Source: Raillietiella orientalis
Lineage: Eukaryota
Direction of reading: 5' to 3'
NCBI GenBank assembly: GCA_036172245.1
Contig: JAYWIR010000021.1
Location: 868,001 to 932,000, forward strand
Length of the DNA stretch: 64,000 nt
Shown here: positions 25,411 to 37,749 of the stretch, in pieces
Position numbering within the stretch: the stretch's first letter is position 1
How the letters are laid out: every line of letters begins with the position of its first letter
Made by a program: the position numbers and the translations under genes
Notes under the pieces: generated by a model
What the model was told of the DNA's origin: nothing
What the model saw: only the letters and a program-made list of their open reading frames with translations
Databases searched by the model: none

Positions 25411-26905
25411 TTTCCCTGCTCCGGCTGGCCGCGATGCTTCGCTCCAGCTCACTCTGCTCCCATCACTTGTGCACTCCGTTCGCACATCTTCTGTCGACGA
25501 GAACTGAAGGAGCTTGCCGAAGGCGCAACTCGCGAGCTCGGGGCCTCCGAAAGAGAGAAATAGATAAAAAAAAAAAAAAAGATGTACGCGCGCTGAGTTT
25601 GTGCCAACGCGCGCGTTGCTCCTCTTCGACACTGTCCGGAACCTCCTCGCTCCCCACCCACCTTTTTTCCCCCTTCTTCTCTTTCTCCATCTTGCACCTT
25701 TCCGTGCGCACCAGACATGACCGAAGAGGGCAAAGAACGTTTTTCAAGGGTCCCCATCGGGTCAAGAAGTTTGCTTCACAGATATCGATGACCTTTTCCC
25801 GCTGGTCCGATTCGAACTCTGATCAATGGGGTTCGTTTGCATCGCTTCGCCTTCAGGGTTCCATCTGACTTTTTTTTCCAAGAGCGAGATCTCTTCTCCC
25901 AGCGATCGATGGTTTATTTTCCTCGTGTTCGCTGCAAAAAGTCGTTTCAGGAAAGCGGGGGAGATACCATAAGTTTACCAGTGGTTGCGCAACGTAGTAG
26001 CAAAGAGCCGAGAGACGGACAGCTTCCTTGGTTGCACCTTCATCCGTGGTCCATTTCCGAAGGTGATCGGATGAAAGAAGGAGTCTCCTGCCGCCCTTCC
26101 TCACGCGTTTCTTTGCCAGAAGGAGGCTCACCAACACGCTGTGGAACTCGGTCTTCCCGACGGACGGTACCTTCGTGAAGCAGCCCCAGGCTTGCTATCT
26201 GACTCCGCCCGCTCCGGACGTATGCGGAGTGTCCGAGAAACCCAGCAACGGTCCCTGACTGCACAGATGAAGGCAGACGAAACGACTGTCCAGATTCGTA
26301 CTTGCACCTCTGTCTTCTGCTGACTGGCTTCACTCAAGTCTTTCAGTAGAGTCTTTAGCAGAGTTGCCTCCACCAGTCATTTTACCTGGAACGCTAGTGC
26401 TATTCGCAGGAACGAAACCTATTGCCTCCGGTTGTTTCTTCCGTATCTGTTGCTGTAGATTAGAAACCAACTGTTCCATTCCTTATTTTCAACAGTGGTA
26501 CCCCTGTTCACATCTTTCAGGCCACTAGTGCTTCCCATTTACTCTACTATTGTGGTTCATGGCCACTGAATTTTCGCAGTGGCATGCAACTGAGCTCTTC
26601 ATCCCTTTTTTACGACCCCTGACTCGTGACGTGCGGCAAGCGAATCACACCAGCACCTTTCGCACGTCGAGACGGAAAACGCGGAAAACTTTCGCGTTGG
26701 TCTCTTCCCCATCCACCGTAATCGTTGCATGGAATAAAAAAAAAAAAAGTAAAAAAAAGTAAATGAGATCTTCATCCAGCATGCTCCCACATCTTCAACG
26801 ATTTCCTTCGTTCTTCCACGCTCACCAAAGCCTGCACTGCCAAGAGCGACAGAAAGTGTGTCCAGGCGTCACTGCTGCAAGTTCATCACCCGGTCACGCC
26901 GAGGC

Positions 26906-26963
26906 GTTTATTAAAATAAACCAGTTGGGAACGAAAGTTCCCCACTGGTTTATTTTGATAAAC
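26906..26963. repeat. 27-bp inverted repeat with GAAA loop (2 mismatches)
   Basis: GTTTATTAAAATAAACCAGTTGGGAAC-GAAA-GTTCCCCACTGGTTTATTTTGATAAAC. Confidence 0.92.
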
Positions 26964-29470
26964 AACGTCTAAAAGAAATAGAATGGAGGGTCCACCGGCA
27001 CGCAGGCCGGGTAAACGAGAGGTCCGGAACGGGGAATGGACAACGGGGGACAAGAGGGCAACAAAAATAGATGAGATTGGGTGGGATGGGGCAAGAATCT
27101 TTGGACTAGCACCGCGATGCAAACGGAAGACAATAAAAACACCGGGAAATTTGCGGTGCAAATAGGGATAGGGAATACAAAAAAAAAGAATTAAATAAAT
27201 AAGGGAGGGCAAGGGACCAGGGTCACTGGGTTCGGGCCTTCCTAATTATTCGTAAACCGGCGCTCTATGTCGATGATCTCTTCCTTCGTTTCTTTGTCAA
27301 AGTGATGCCACCTCGCAGCCGTATCTATGTAGGTGACTGCCAAAGGGGTGACATCCCTCCTCTGCTTCTTGGTCTCCAGCAAAGTTCGGGCTGTGACGAT
27401 GGCGCGTATGCAACCTACGGTTGCAGTGACCGCGCCAGTCGTGAGCCCGCTAGGTGCGAAGAGCCTACGCAGCACATCTCGAGCGGTGTCCTCCTGGTGC
27501 AAGAGTGCTGCTGCCAGCCTCCGCTACGGTTGCCGGAGGGCACCGCAGTCTAAGAGCAACCGCGGGAACGGCTCCTTCGGCCCGCACCTGCCACCGTTAG
27601 GTGAAGCAGCCCCCCACCGGAGACACGATGCCGTCGCTCGTTGCTTTGCAGTCCCCGGTGCACGAGGAGCGGCACGTGCCGTTTCCGACTAAGCGGAAGC
27701 ACTGATGTGTTACCACGGTTTGACGGGGCCACTAACACTTCGGGGGCAACACTTGAAAGTTCGCACCACAGAACAAGTCCCGCAGCAGTTGTGCACGGTG
27801 CAGCAGCGTCTGCCAACTCGCAAGCCTTCCAGCCACCCAAGAGTTTTGGAGTTCCCTCGATAGTGAACTAATATTTCCACCTCGCTAGTAGGATACTGTC
27901 TTCTTTTGCCCTAAGGGCATACAACGCTGCAACAAGGGGGATGGCGGCCAGAATCGACCACTTGGCAGCGTCCTGCATTAGCACTTCCATGGGTCGTGGC
28001 GGCAGATGCCAAAAGGGGTAAACATCTCGCGGGTCCATTTCTTGGAACGCCGCCCAAGACTGAACAGTTTCCTGTCGCCAAGAGTTAAAGTTTATTGGGC
28101 GGCAGGAGATCCATGGTTGCTCTTCCAGCAGAGAGGCGAGTTGCCATAGGGGGGAGCCGAATCCCCGCATCCTGTAAGGGGTTCCCGGCACCAGCGAGAG
28201 AAGTCCTTCGCTGCCGGCGCATCTCCGTAGGACGATGCATTCAAGCGCACACACCGGGGAAGTCCACAGTTTGGCACAGACCGCTAGCATTCGGAACTGC
28301 ACCTGCAGCCCGATTCGCTTCAGCGTGTCAGGATTCCCAAGCCGAAATCCCGTCGCGGAACCGCCTTCAGGCGAATTCTGGACCTCGCGGATCCCCAAAG
28401 AGCGTTTCTGAGCAGTCGCTGAGCCCGCTGTTTCTCCTCGTAGGGGGGTGGACAGACAAAAACACGGAGTGCAGAGGAGGGGGACCACAAAGGTGTTCCA
28501 GATGACTGCGCTATCCAGCAAGGTAAACTTGCCACAAAGGGCTCAGGGCCAACTCGGCCTTTTGTAGGCAGTCCGACCACGCTTCGTCAGCACCAAAGTC
28601 GTCCAACGGAACGCCAAGGTACTTGAAGTACCTGCCCGTGGGGATCCCCAGACGAATCCAGTCGGACTGCCCCTTCCACAACTGGAAGTCGATCGTGTCT
28701 CGCGTGTGCCACACGGCAGTGCGTGAAGCTCATACAGCCGCGATCCCGACCTCGGGATTCAGGAGGGAAGAAAGGGACTCTTGCGTCGTCCAAGGTCGTG
28801 GAGAGGAGAGAAAGGGCCGTGGTGATGGCAGTCCTGTGCTTCCGGGACCGGAAGTTTCCCCGGGGGATTGGACCGAACGGGAGTCGCCAACAGAAACCGG
28901 TGCGTCCGAGATGCCCTGCGGCGGAGCCGCGCAGCGCACTCACGCGAGCGGCCACCGGTTCCTGTCGGGGAACCCACGCCTGCGTCTCGGTGGTCCAGGT
29001 GGAGGCGGGATGGGGAATGGGAAGGGGAGGGGAGGTAGAACGTCTTCACCACCTCCTGGACTGCAGCGCCCTCAGCCCGCTCGGAGTTTTCTTACCTCGA
29101 GGTGCGCTTCTGGGCGGCTGGACATCCGAAAGCAACCGAACGACTTCTCGCCGTCCTCTTCCGGGCCTCCTCCGCGCCATGGGGTATGCCGTCTCCTCTG
29201 AATGGGACGGAGAGGGGAGCATCGTCCGCGTGCAGCATCCATGGGATCCCCGAGGACAGCAGTCCGGTGACGCCACCCTTCTCCCCATCATGCGCTTCCG
29301 TTCGCTGGATGTCCCCTTCTGCTCCTGTCTCTTCCCCCGAGCGTGACGGATACTCCCGTGTTGGACAAGCGTAAACATTTGACTCGTAAAATAGGGGTTC
29401 CTCTCCCCCCTCATTCCATAAGTAGATGTCCCAGCTGCTGCGACCTTCTCACCCCGAACTTCCGAGCTGT
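26964..29470 (-). mobile_element. L1/Tx1-like LINE pseudogene, RT to 3' end (best preserved copy, D)
   Basis: Ordered motifs: EDGEKSFG (DxEKAFD), PPQGISDAP, LSTTLDD (YADD position), YFKYLGVPL (~28620), AVIWNTFVVPLL, LWGSARSRIRLKAVPRRDFGLGI, LVHRGLQSNERRHR, degenerate CCHC PNGGRCGPKEPFPRLLLDC, ORF end at 27242, then a T-rich 3' UTR with AATAAA. Multiple frameshifts. Confidence 0.75.
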
Positions 29471-29474
29471 TCAT

Positions 29475-30330
29475 TTAAAATAAATAGATGAAATCCATAC
29501 GGTTAGCCGGAACAGGAGGTATCCACTAAGGACCGGGAATGAGGGCTCGGACACGGGGGGAGAAATCATTGGAGGGGTGGACGAGGCACCCAGGGTCTGC
29601 ATCGAGCAGGGGCGAGAGGGGAGGGAATGGGGCACGCCTTCACCCGTGTCGAGCTCATCTGTCCACGGCAGTCCTCAGGACGCCCTAGGACTCCGCATCC
29701 CGGCGGGTCGTTCCACCGCCGTCCTTCGCCTGCAGGCGGGAGCTATCGGGAGCTGCTCCCTAGTGTGGGGGATCACGCTCTCCTTCCGCTCTGGTAGTCT
29801 CCGCTAATCGCATGCGTGGCTGGGATCATGGCCTGAAGAGGTGAGCGTTCGGGTGATCAGGTCCCGTCCCAGGGCATCGCGGATCTAAAGCGCGATCCCC
29901 CCCTTCCTCCCTCCTTTTGGTGCACTTCCGTCACTGCCGCAGCCTCCCCGCAGCAGCACGAGGGACAGGGTCGCCGCAGCAATCGTGGAGGTGGCCGTCC
30001 TGTGTTCCAGTAGACGCGCCAGCAAGATTGCGGCGCGCCACCAGAGAAGAAAGAAGGCGGATGCGCTGACAGCGGCCCGATTGTCCTCCATCCCTTCCCC
30101 GGAGTGTTGCGCATCTCCTCTGGCTGCAGGAGGTCGAGTGTCGCCCTGGTGCGCCCTCCGAGCCAGGCGCCTCGCTCCGTCTGGAGGAAAGCTCGGTGGC
30201 AGTGCCCTCCCGGCACCCCGACGTGGCGCCACCGCGTGTTTCCGGAAAAGATGGCGGATGCGGTGCAGATGACGCTCCTTCCATCCCGAGGTCCACTGCC
30301 TTCGGCACCTTGAAGGGCGGCGGCAGATTC
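29475..30330 (-). mobile_element. L1/Tx1-like LINE 3' fragment, copy E
   Basis: CSQRRC...EDNRAAVSASAFFLLWWR resembles a degenerate C-terminal CCHC domain; TATTTATTTT-type 3' end near 29480. Confidence 0.38.
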
Positions 30331-30389
30331 TTCTGCGCCACCCTCCGCCCTTCCTCCCTCCTGATGCCGGTGGGCGGCGTGCCCGAGAA

Positions 30390-31700
30390 GTGCTGCGGAC
30401 CGGTCCCCGAGCGGCGCTTGCCTTCAGGACAAGACAGGCCCCAGCAAGGTGGTGTAGCTTCGCGCTTTCGCATCGCATTGCCTCTGGTAACGGGAGAGAA
30501 GCTCGATGGACTAACTGGGGGAAGACGGGACCCCACCCTCCGTTTCCCTGGATCTCGGGAGTGTCCATCCCCAGGAATCCCGGATCCTCCCGAGATGATG
30601 CCTCGAGGGTGCTCTCCTGCAAACGCGGCTCGGACTCCGTGCCTCTCGAGAATCGCTCTGTGGGAGGCGCAGAGACGTCCCGAGTCCGCTTGAAGGACTT
30701 GCGCTCCCCGCGTCGCGACGGTGGCCTCGGCCTCCCGAAGCGGGAGCGCTTGGAAAGGCAGCTCCGGGGGAGGATCTTCGGTGGAGGGATGACCTGGAAC
30801 GTCGACTGGTGCGGACGCGCACGTTTCCTGGTCAGGCGAGCCACCGGCTGTGGAGGACTTCCGCCCTCCCTTGAGCGGCCCACTGCGGAACTCAGCTTTG
30901 GCGAGTGGTCGCACTGACCAAGGGGGACAACTGGACCTCCTGACGCCCCGCAAACAGTGGTGTCTAGCTGAGGGAAGCCATCGGCACGAGAGCGAAGACC
31001 AAGGCCCCGATACCGGGGTCACGGTAGCGACTGCTGTGTCCCTTTTGCAGCAGCTGCATCCTCGCTCCAGGAGATCGCCGTGAGTCCCATAGAGTGTGGA
31101 TGGGCAGAAAGAACATCCCTTGCCTCAAGCTTCCTTCCCTGAGGGAGCAAACGGGCGCAGTCTTCGTTTCGAAGGGGGGACCGGCTGTGGAACGAAGGCA
31201 ACGTGCGAGCGCTGCGTCGAAGGTCGAGGCAGCCCCAGGACACGCCTGCACTCGCGGACAGGCGAAAGGACTGCCTCCAGTCCGGGCACGAGCGTGCAAG
31301 AAGACAAAGCACTTGGGAAGGGGCAGATAGATTCTTGTTTCCAGGGGGCGCCGATGTGCCCGCTCCTTCAACAGGATTCCAGGAGAGTCGCTCGCGGATC
31401 GGGAACGCCCCTGAGTTTGCTCGTGTGGGGGAGAGCGGAAGAGGAAGGGCGCTTGTCTGGGAGCGAGCGAGCGTTCCGTTCCCGAAACCAGAGAGGCCAG
31501 CGGAGAAGGAAGGGTCTTTATTCAGCACCCTTCGGCATCCCTGGCCACAGCAGCTCGTTCCTTCTGTAGTGAAGACTGCGGGCGAAGGAGCGAGTCCCTC
31601 ATGCTTTCGAGGAACAGGAGGAAGGCAGGAGAGACGGGAACCTAGGATCCCGTCTTCCTCTCGTTGTCCCCGGCGCATTCTTCCACACTGCGTCATCTCA
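30390..31700 (+). mobile_element. L1/Tx1-like LINE 3' fragment, copy F
   Basis: SRVRLKDLRSPRRDGGLGLP (~30680-30740) aligns with copy D SRIRLKAVPRRDFGLGI and is followed by a weak zinc-finger-region remnant (~31100-31300). Confidence 0.55.
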
Positions 31701-31779
31701 GACTCCTCCACTCCCCCAGTCGCGCAGATACTCCAGTCCTGCTATCGTGTACACGCTGACATGAGCACAAAACGGTAGA

Positions 31780-32825
31780 GTACAAGAGCGCGGAGCTGCT
31801 TCTGGACGCGCCCTTTTTGCCCTCAAAACGCAGCTGCTGCGGTGCCGGCCGTGGCTCTCCATCCACAACCTGCCTTCTCCAGGAGATCGTCCTGCATCCC
31901 ACCAAGTGTGGGTAAGCAGGGAAAAAAAACGCTCGCCGCGGGCTGCTCTCCCTGAGGAAGCACATGGGCAGCGACATACTGGACAAATGGGAAGAAGTTT
32001 TCTGTGAAACCACCTCCAGGTGCAGGACGGCAGGTGGTTGGACCAGCTGACACACGCTGCGACCCCGAGTGCCCTGCAGACAGGACTTTTGCGCTGGGGT
32101 GAGCTGCTGCCCAGATCTCGCGTGGCCCCCAGCGCTCCTGAACAACCGCACCCTCCCTCTCTCCCAAGTGGAGGGAGTCTGCGCTCCTGCTGTTGCTCTG
32201 GGGCCTTCCATGCAACGCCCGGCGACATCACTGGACCCGGAGGAGAGGGGGATGAGCCCGCCGGAACTGCAGCAGGAGCGGAAAACGCGAGTCCCTCCTC
32301 CACCTGCTCGTGGGCCGCCTTGCCGTGCGACGTTTGCGGGTCCTCACCGCAGGACGACTCTCCGGACAGCCCCACAACGGTGGCGACTCCAGGGACGCAC
32401 GGAAACCCTTCTTCGTGCGCGGCGCATTGCCGCCGGCCGCATCCCCAGCAGCCCTTTGCTGCACGCAGGATTATGGCAGCCTAGAGCGACTCTAGAGGAG
32501 AAGGCCGCGCTAGGGATGCCATCCACTTAGCCCAACGTTTTTTGCGAAGGACGAGGAGGTTACCCCACCTGAAGAAGATTCAAAAGGGACTTGCTGGCAT
32601 TCTCGAGAGCATGCAGAGGATGGGGGCGATCCCCAGCAGGTTGTGACCCCTTCCTATGACCCGCGAGTTATTTTCTTCCTGTTTCTATTTTTATTTTTAA
32701 TTTTCGCTTCCCCCCTGCCGTCGTGTCCGCGCGCCGGCTTCTCGTCAGGTCTCAGGACGTGGTAGGGTCCACTCCTTTCGTATTATTCATTTTTTTTTTT
32801 CTTTAATAAATAAATTTCCCTAGAG
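31780..32825 (+). mobile_element. L1/Tx1-like LINE 3' fragment, copy G
   Basis: GLLSLRKHMGSDILDKW...QLTHAATPSALQTGLLRWGEL aligns with copy D ALYALRAKEDSILLARW...ELADAAAPCTTAAGLVLWCEL. GLPCNARRHH...NCSRSGKRESLLHLLVG is a CCHC remnant. The 3' UTR resembles that of D and ends in a T-tract plus AATAAATAAA (~32805). Confidence 0.62.
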
Positions 32826-33099
32826 AACCCGGCGAAAATTCCTACAGGAGCGGACCCTCCTCCCCCCGTTCTCCGTAGCCAACGCCAGGGTATTGCCCGG
32901 GAGATGCGAAGGCGTGCACCTTTCCTTCCTCCTCACGGCTGTGGCAGACCTCAGGGACGGAAGGTCATCCTCCAGGGGTTGAAGGGGGAGCTTCTGCTGT
33001 CCAAGGATAGACAGAAAACACCCCGAGGTCGTCCAGCCAGGACCTGCAGAGAGAGGGCGGCGTTCCGACAGTGCGCGCTCCTAGAGGAGTGAACCATGC

Positions 33100-36000
33100 A
33101 TATTATCCTTGAACTCGACCGAGTGCGGGCCTCCTGCCTCTCGAGTCACCTTCGACCCTTCTCTCGCCCCTCAATGACGGCAACTGAAGCAGCGTCGTCG
33201 TCCCTGCACGCTGCGACCCGGAGAGCGGCTCCCAACTTGTCTTCATGAGGCCTCCCGCTCCCGCGGGAGACGACTTGAAGGGTGAGGCGGTGGGAGGTCC
33301 AGTCTCTTCTCGAAACCTTGCCCTCCCTCCTAGGAAGAGGACAAGATCCCGCCTTTCGCCCGAGAGGAGTAGCCCAGGGAGTTTATCAAGAGGGGGAGCC
33401 GGCACCTTCGTGAGTTGCGGAGGGAACCCCGAGATGGGGTGAGGGAGGACAGGACGCCCGGACGCTCGAGTCACGGAATGCACCCCTCCCTCATATTCGC
33501 AGATGGGCGTGGCCCCTACTGAGTTCGTCTCCTCGACTCGTTTCCCACCGCGTCTTCGGTCCGCTTCGGCGCAGCTCGACCCCTGCCGAACGAACCGAAG
33601 ACCTCTGGCAGGGAGAGGGGGAGGTAAAAATCCCTGCTCGCTCGTCCTTGGGTTCTCTTTCTTCAACCCAAGGGGGTGACGCTTCTGCTTCACAAATCCA
33701 TCTTCTCCATCGCCCCCCCCCCTCCTCCTCCGTCGAACAGAGCGCACGTACGAGGCTGCCTCAGGGTCCCCCCTTCCGTGCAAGGGTGGAGCTCAGTGGA
33801 GAATTCGCTAGCTAGAACGCCTCCTAGATGGCAGGAGAATGCGTGCGGCGCCGTACTGAGCGGGCACACATCCTCCGGAAGCTGTTTGCGGGCGCGAAGC
33901 AGCCTCTAAAGGCGCTTGCTCTGTTCATCGCAGGCAGCGAGCCGCTTCTGCTGGTGCTCTGTGCACATCAGTGGCATGCGGAGATCCCTGCGAATTCCAT
34001 GTACCAGAATAGGGAAAGGAAGGTTGAATACGAGTGCGCCTCAACGCGGAACCTTCGCTGTTACTCCCAAAAATGAAGATGGAGGTCTTCCCCCCCCTCC
34101 TCGATCTTCTCTCCTTCTCTTCAAAGTTGATGGAGAACCCTTTCGCGGGTCTCAGACACCTACGGCCCTTTCCTCTTCCATTCCGAGCAAGGAAGGAAAG
34201 AGATGAGGCGCGAACGACTTCAGAGAGAGCCTTCGCTTTTTTGCCACTCTGCGGGGCCCCAAAGGACCAGAAACACGTTCCTAGGAAGGAGGCGCCTCGA
34301 TGGGCGGAACCGGACCAGCAGAACCGGGAGGGGGGGGGGAGGAAGAGGACTTGCATGCCCTTCTGTGATCTTGCGGTAGCCACTCAGTCGGGTAATAGCG
34401 GTGGCGGCGAGTTAAACGACAGAGATCGGAATCTTTCCGCATCTGTCAAGAGATGGCGGGCGAACCCCAAGGGAGAAAGAACCTGAGAGAAGGAATGAGG
34501 AGCCGCATGATGCTTCAGCCAAAACACTGAAATGACGAGCCTTGTGCTGCCTCGAGGAATTAGGAAGGGGAGATTCGAGACTACAGGGCACGCCTCCAGA
34601 GACCACCATCCGTCGCTTCCCCCCTCCTCTGCCAGTTTCGTTTGCTTCCCGCCCAACTCCTCCCGACAACCACGGAAATTCCAGGATCTCCTCTTTCCTC
34701 CTCTCACCGCAGATTCCCGAGGCTCCTTTCGGACATCTCTCGGTCTGCGAAGAGTCAGGGAGAACACCCATCCTGCTCTTCCACTTGATGTCACGGTATA
34801 ACGATCCCCGGATCGATGGCAAGAGGCCTTGAGCTCGTTGCTTCGGGTGGAAGGCGAAAGGGGTGGGGAGGAGCCTCTGCTTCCACCTGGACTTCCCTTC
34901 GGCATACGACCAAGAGGAAGAATCTCTTCACCCCTCCCATCCTTGCCCCGGACTTCCCTACCCTTCCTTGCACGTGTCTCGGCGCCTTCCTGAACGCCGA
35001 CGCGCATGCGCTCCTTCTCGGACGGAGCTGATGAAAGGCAGCAGCAGCTGCGTTCCACTCGGGTCTCCTCTCCCTCCATGATCGCTGGAGGGGAGGGGAG
35101 GATGGGAACCACGACGAGGAGGAAGAGGAAGAGAGGAAGATGACCATGGAAACTGGCGAAAACGTGGGAAAATGGTGCCGTCACTACGAGACGGAGGCCG
35201 TGCGGCACACGCGACGATGAAGGTGACGACGCGGCTTGTTGATACCTCTTGCCACCAGCCTCCTCTCCAGGTGCTCATTCCAGAAGGGGGAGGAGGGGTG
35301 CACTGAACCCTCCTCCCCCTTCTGGAACGAAGATTCCCGGGCACTCCGCTTTCCTCTTCTCTTTTCCTTCTTCTGCAGGATCGTTCCCGGGAGGGAGACG
35401 CACTCTCGTGGGGCGATCGGAGGCGGCGCGATACCTCCTGCGTCCGACTTCAGCAAGGACAGCAGCGGGGTGACAAAGATGGCCAGAGGGAGGCGAGAGC
35501 TCCCTCGCTGCCTCTGGAAGGTGCTGACAGTGCCTTTGCATCCCCATTGAGGGAACCACGGGAAGCAGGAAGAAGATTCTGGATGCTGCGAGCCACGGAA
35601 GAGCACAAGGGGCAATAATGGTAGAAGGGCGGGTGGGTCAGGGCGGCTTATGTGAATCCGGCTTTCGCCCGCTCCGGAGCGAAAATCTGAAGTTCTGAGA
35701 CTTTCGACGCGGATCGTTGCCAAGGGGCGGGCAAGCACGCAGGAGGGGACCGCTCTTGAAAGCCCTCTGCTTCCGGAGGGAAGGAGCGACGAGCGCGAAA
35801 CTCTCTGCGTTCTCTCCCCCCCCCCCCTCCCTTCCTTCCCCTCTACGAGGGGGAAGGGATAGAAGATGTTGAGGGGAAGGGGGAACTGAAAACCCCCACC
35901 AGGTTCGTGCGTGTCGCCGCCGCCGACAAGGGAACATTCTGGTTTCTGATCCAAGGCGAGGGAGGGCTGCTTCGCCCCCACCGCTTGACTCTAAGCATCC
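33100..36000 (-). mobile_element. Decayed L1/Tx1-like LINE ORF2 fragments (endonuclease and RT), copy H; possibly two nested pieces
   Basis: LVGGGDTH (GDfN), ESRIHI (SRID), GSQHP (SDH), GGSDG...FLIPRG, then RHPLGLKKE (RPIsL), CEYEGGVHSV (DyekAFDSV), GFPPQLTK. Confidence 0.38.
35278..35327. repeat. Perfect 20-bp inverted repeat with 10-nt loop
   Basis: TTCCAGAAGGGGGAGGAGGG-GTGCACTGAA-CCCTCCTCCCCCTTCTGGAA. Confidence 0.95.
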
Positions 36001-37749
36001 ATCAGATGGATGGATCACCTGCTTTCCTCTTCCTATTTTTCCTCTCCCTTCCTTTTCCTCATCTCTTACCCCTCCTCCTCACTTACTCCTTCTTCGGGGC
36101 TCCTGAGCGGTTCTTGCAAGGTGCAGCAGCCACCGTGCTCAAGAGTCGGGCTCCGGGGTGGGTGGAACCCTTCGAGCCGACGGCGAGCGCGAGAGGCCGC
36201 GGAGCACGTGGCAACGCTCCTCGCGGCTTCCAGAGCGGTGCCAGCAACGATACCTCGGAGCAGGTCGCTGCCCCTGTCGAGGGTCAGGATGAAGAGTGGC
36301 GGATGGCGCCGAAGATGAAGTTCGTTGCAGAGAGCAGCAGGGATGGGGCGAAGTTCCCAGTAGGAGGAGACTCCCGTAGCCCTCGGCGTGCGTCATCCCT
36401 CGGCTGCCGCGCCTCTCCGCGCCTCGCGGTGGCTCTCCCTCCGCCTCCCCCCCTCCCAGCCAGCGAACACACTCAGCGGCACGGAAGCTGCACGGCTCTT
36501 ATCACGTGCAAAGCGGCTCTTTTCCGAGCGGCAGCTGACTCGCACGCTACCGCGGCCATCCTCGGCGCGCCAGGGAACAGAAAGAGAGGCGGCTCCTCAT
36601 CCGATCACGGCCGAGGGCGTTTGTTCTCGCACTGACAGGCGCACGCGGCGCGTCAGCTCCTGCCAGAGCCTTGGGTGATCCGCCCCCTACTGGCAGGTCG
36701 GCTCTGGGGAGTGCGGCGCGAGCAAAAGAGCGGAAGAGGAGGAGAGGCGAGGGAAGGGGGTGCTAAGCGTCTCCTTCTGCAGGCTGCCCGCACCATCTTG
36801 GAAACGCCCTCCCACCCCCATCCCTCCTGACTTCTCGGGGTCGCTCGCGGGGAGACCGCCGCTAAGGGCGCGGGAGGCGAGGTGCTGCTGCGACAGCACA
36901 CCGCGGTGCGCCTCGCGTAGGGGGTTCTGCTGCTCCCGGAAGCACCCTCCTGGTGCGAAAGGTGCCCCTGGCGGGGCATGGGAACTCCGGTGCGGGCAGA
37001 GCTGCTGGCTGCTCGTGAGGCTGAGAGTGCAGATGCGCGGCACTCCGGAAGCAGTAGCAGAACGGGGTTGCCTGCTCCCGCTACCGGAGCATCCCTCCGC
37101 GGCGGTCCGGAAGAGCTGCCGCCGCCATGCGTCCGTCCTCCTGGGGTTTCGGCCGATCCCATACCAGGGTGGTGCAAGAGAGAGCTGCCTACCTGCAAGA
37201 TGGCTGCCGACAGGAAAGTCTGCGGTTCGGGGCGGTGGCAGCGGCTCGGACCCGGTTCTGCGGCTTCCGACAGGATCTCGTCCGAGTGGGCCCCACCCAC
37301 CCGGAAAGAGGAACGAACAACTCCGGACTAGCCCTCGTTACCACCTCCTGCCGCAGCCGCATTTGTCAGTCCTCAGGAGACCCTCAGGTGCGCTTAGAGA
37401 TGGGAGAGGTCTTGACGCCAAGCCGGGTGCCGTCGTTCTTCGGCGAGCCACCGAGGACACCGATATCTCGGAGACAACCGCAGGCGAGGAGGAGGGGAAG
37501 CACCGGTGCCGCATTCAGTTTCCTTCCCCAGGGCCACTCTTCAAAAGTGGGACAACCAAAAACAGCACCCTTTGCCGAAGGGTCAGCCGACTCTGGCGGA
37601 GAGGCAGGCAAGAGGAGAGCGGTGCGAGGGGGAGCCGGCTCTGAGGTGGAAGAGCACCGGTTCATTATCCTCTGTCAGGTCATGCTGTTCTTATGTACTA
37701 TACTTACCTGGCTTCGAGGTGTTCAATTGTGATCATGTTTAAGATTGGT

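Noticed and set aside
26370..26480. FTWNASAIRR as the start of an AP-endonuclease on +
   Set aside because: A single short motif with no further ordered motifs downstream.
30960..31080. Gag-like zinc knuckle on the minus strand (CSCC-QKGHSSRY)
   Set aside because: It needs a frameshift and a substitution, and the + strand of the same interval is better explained as LINE ORF2 copy F.
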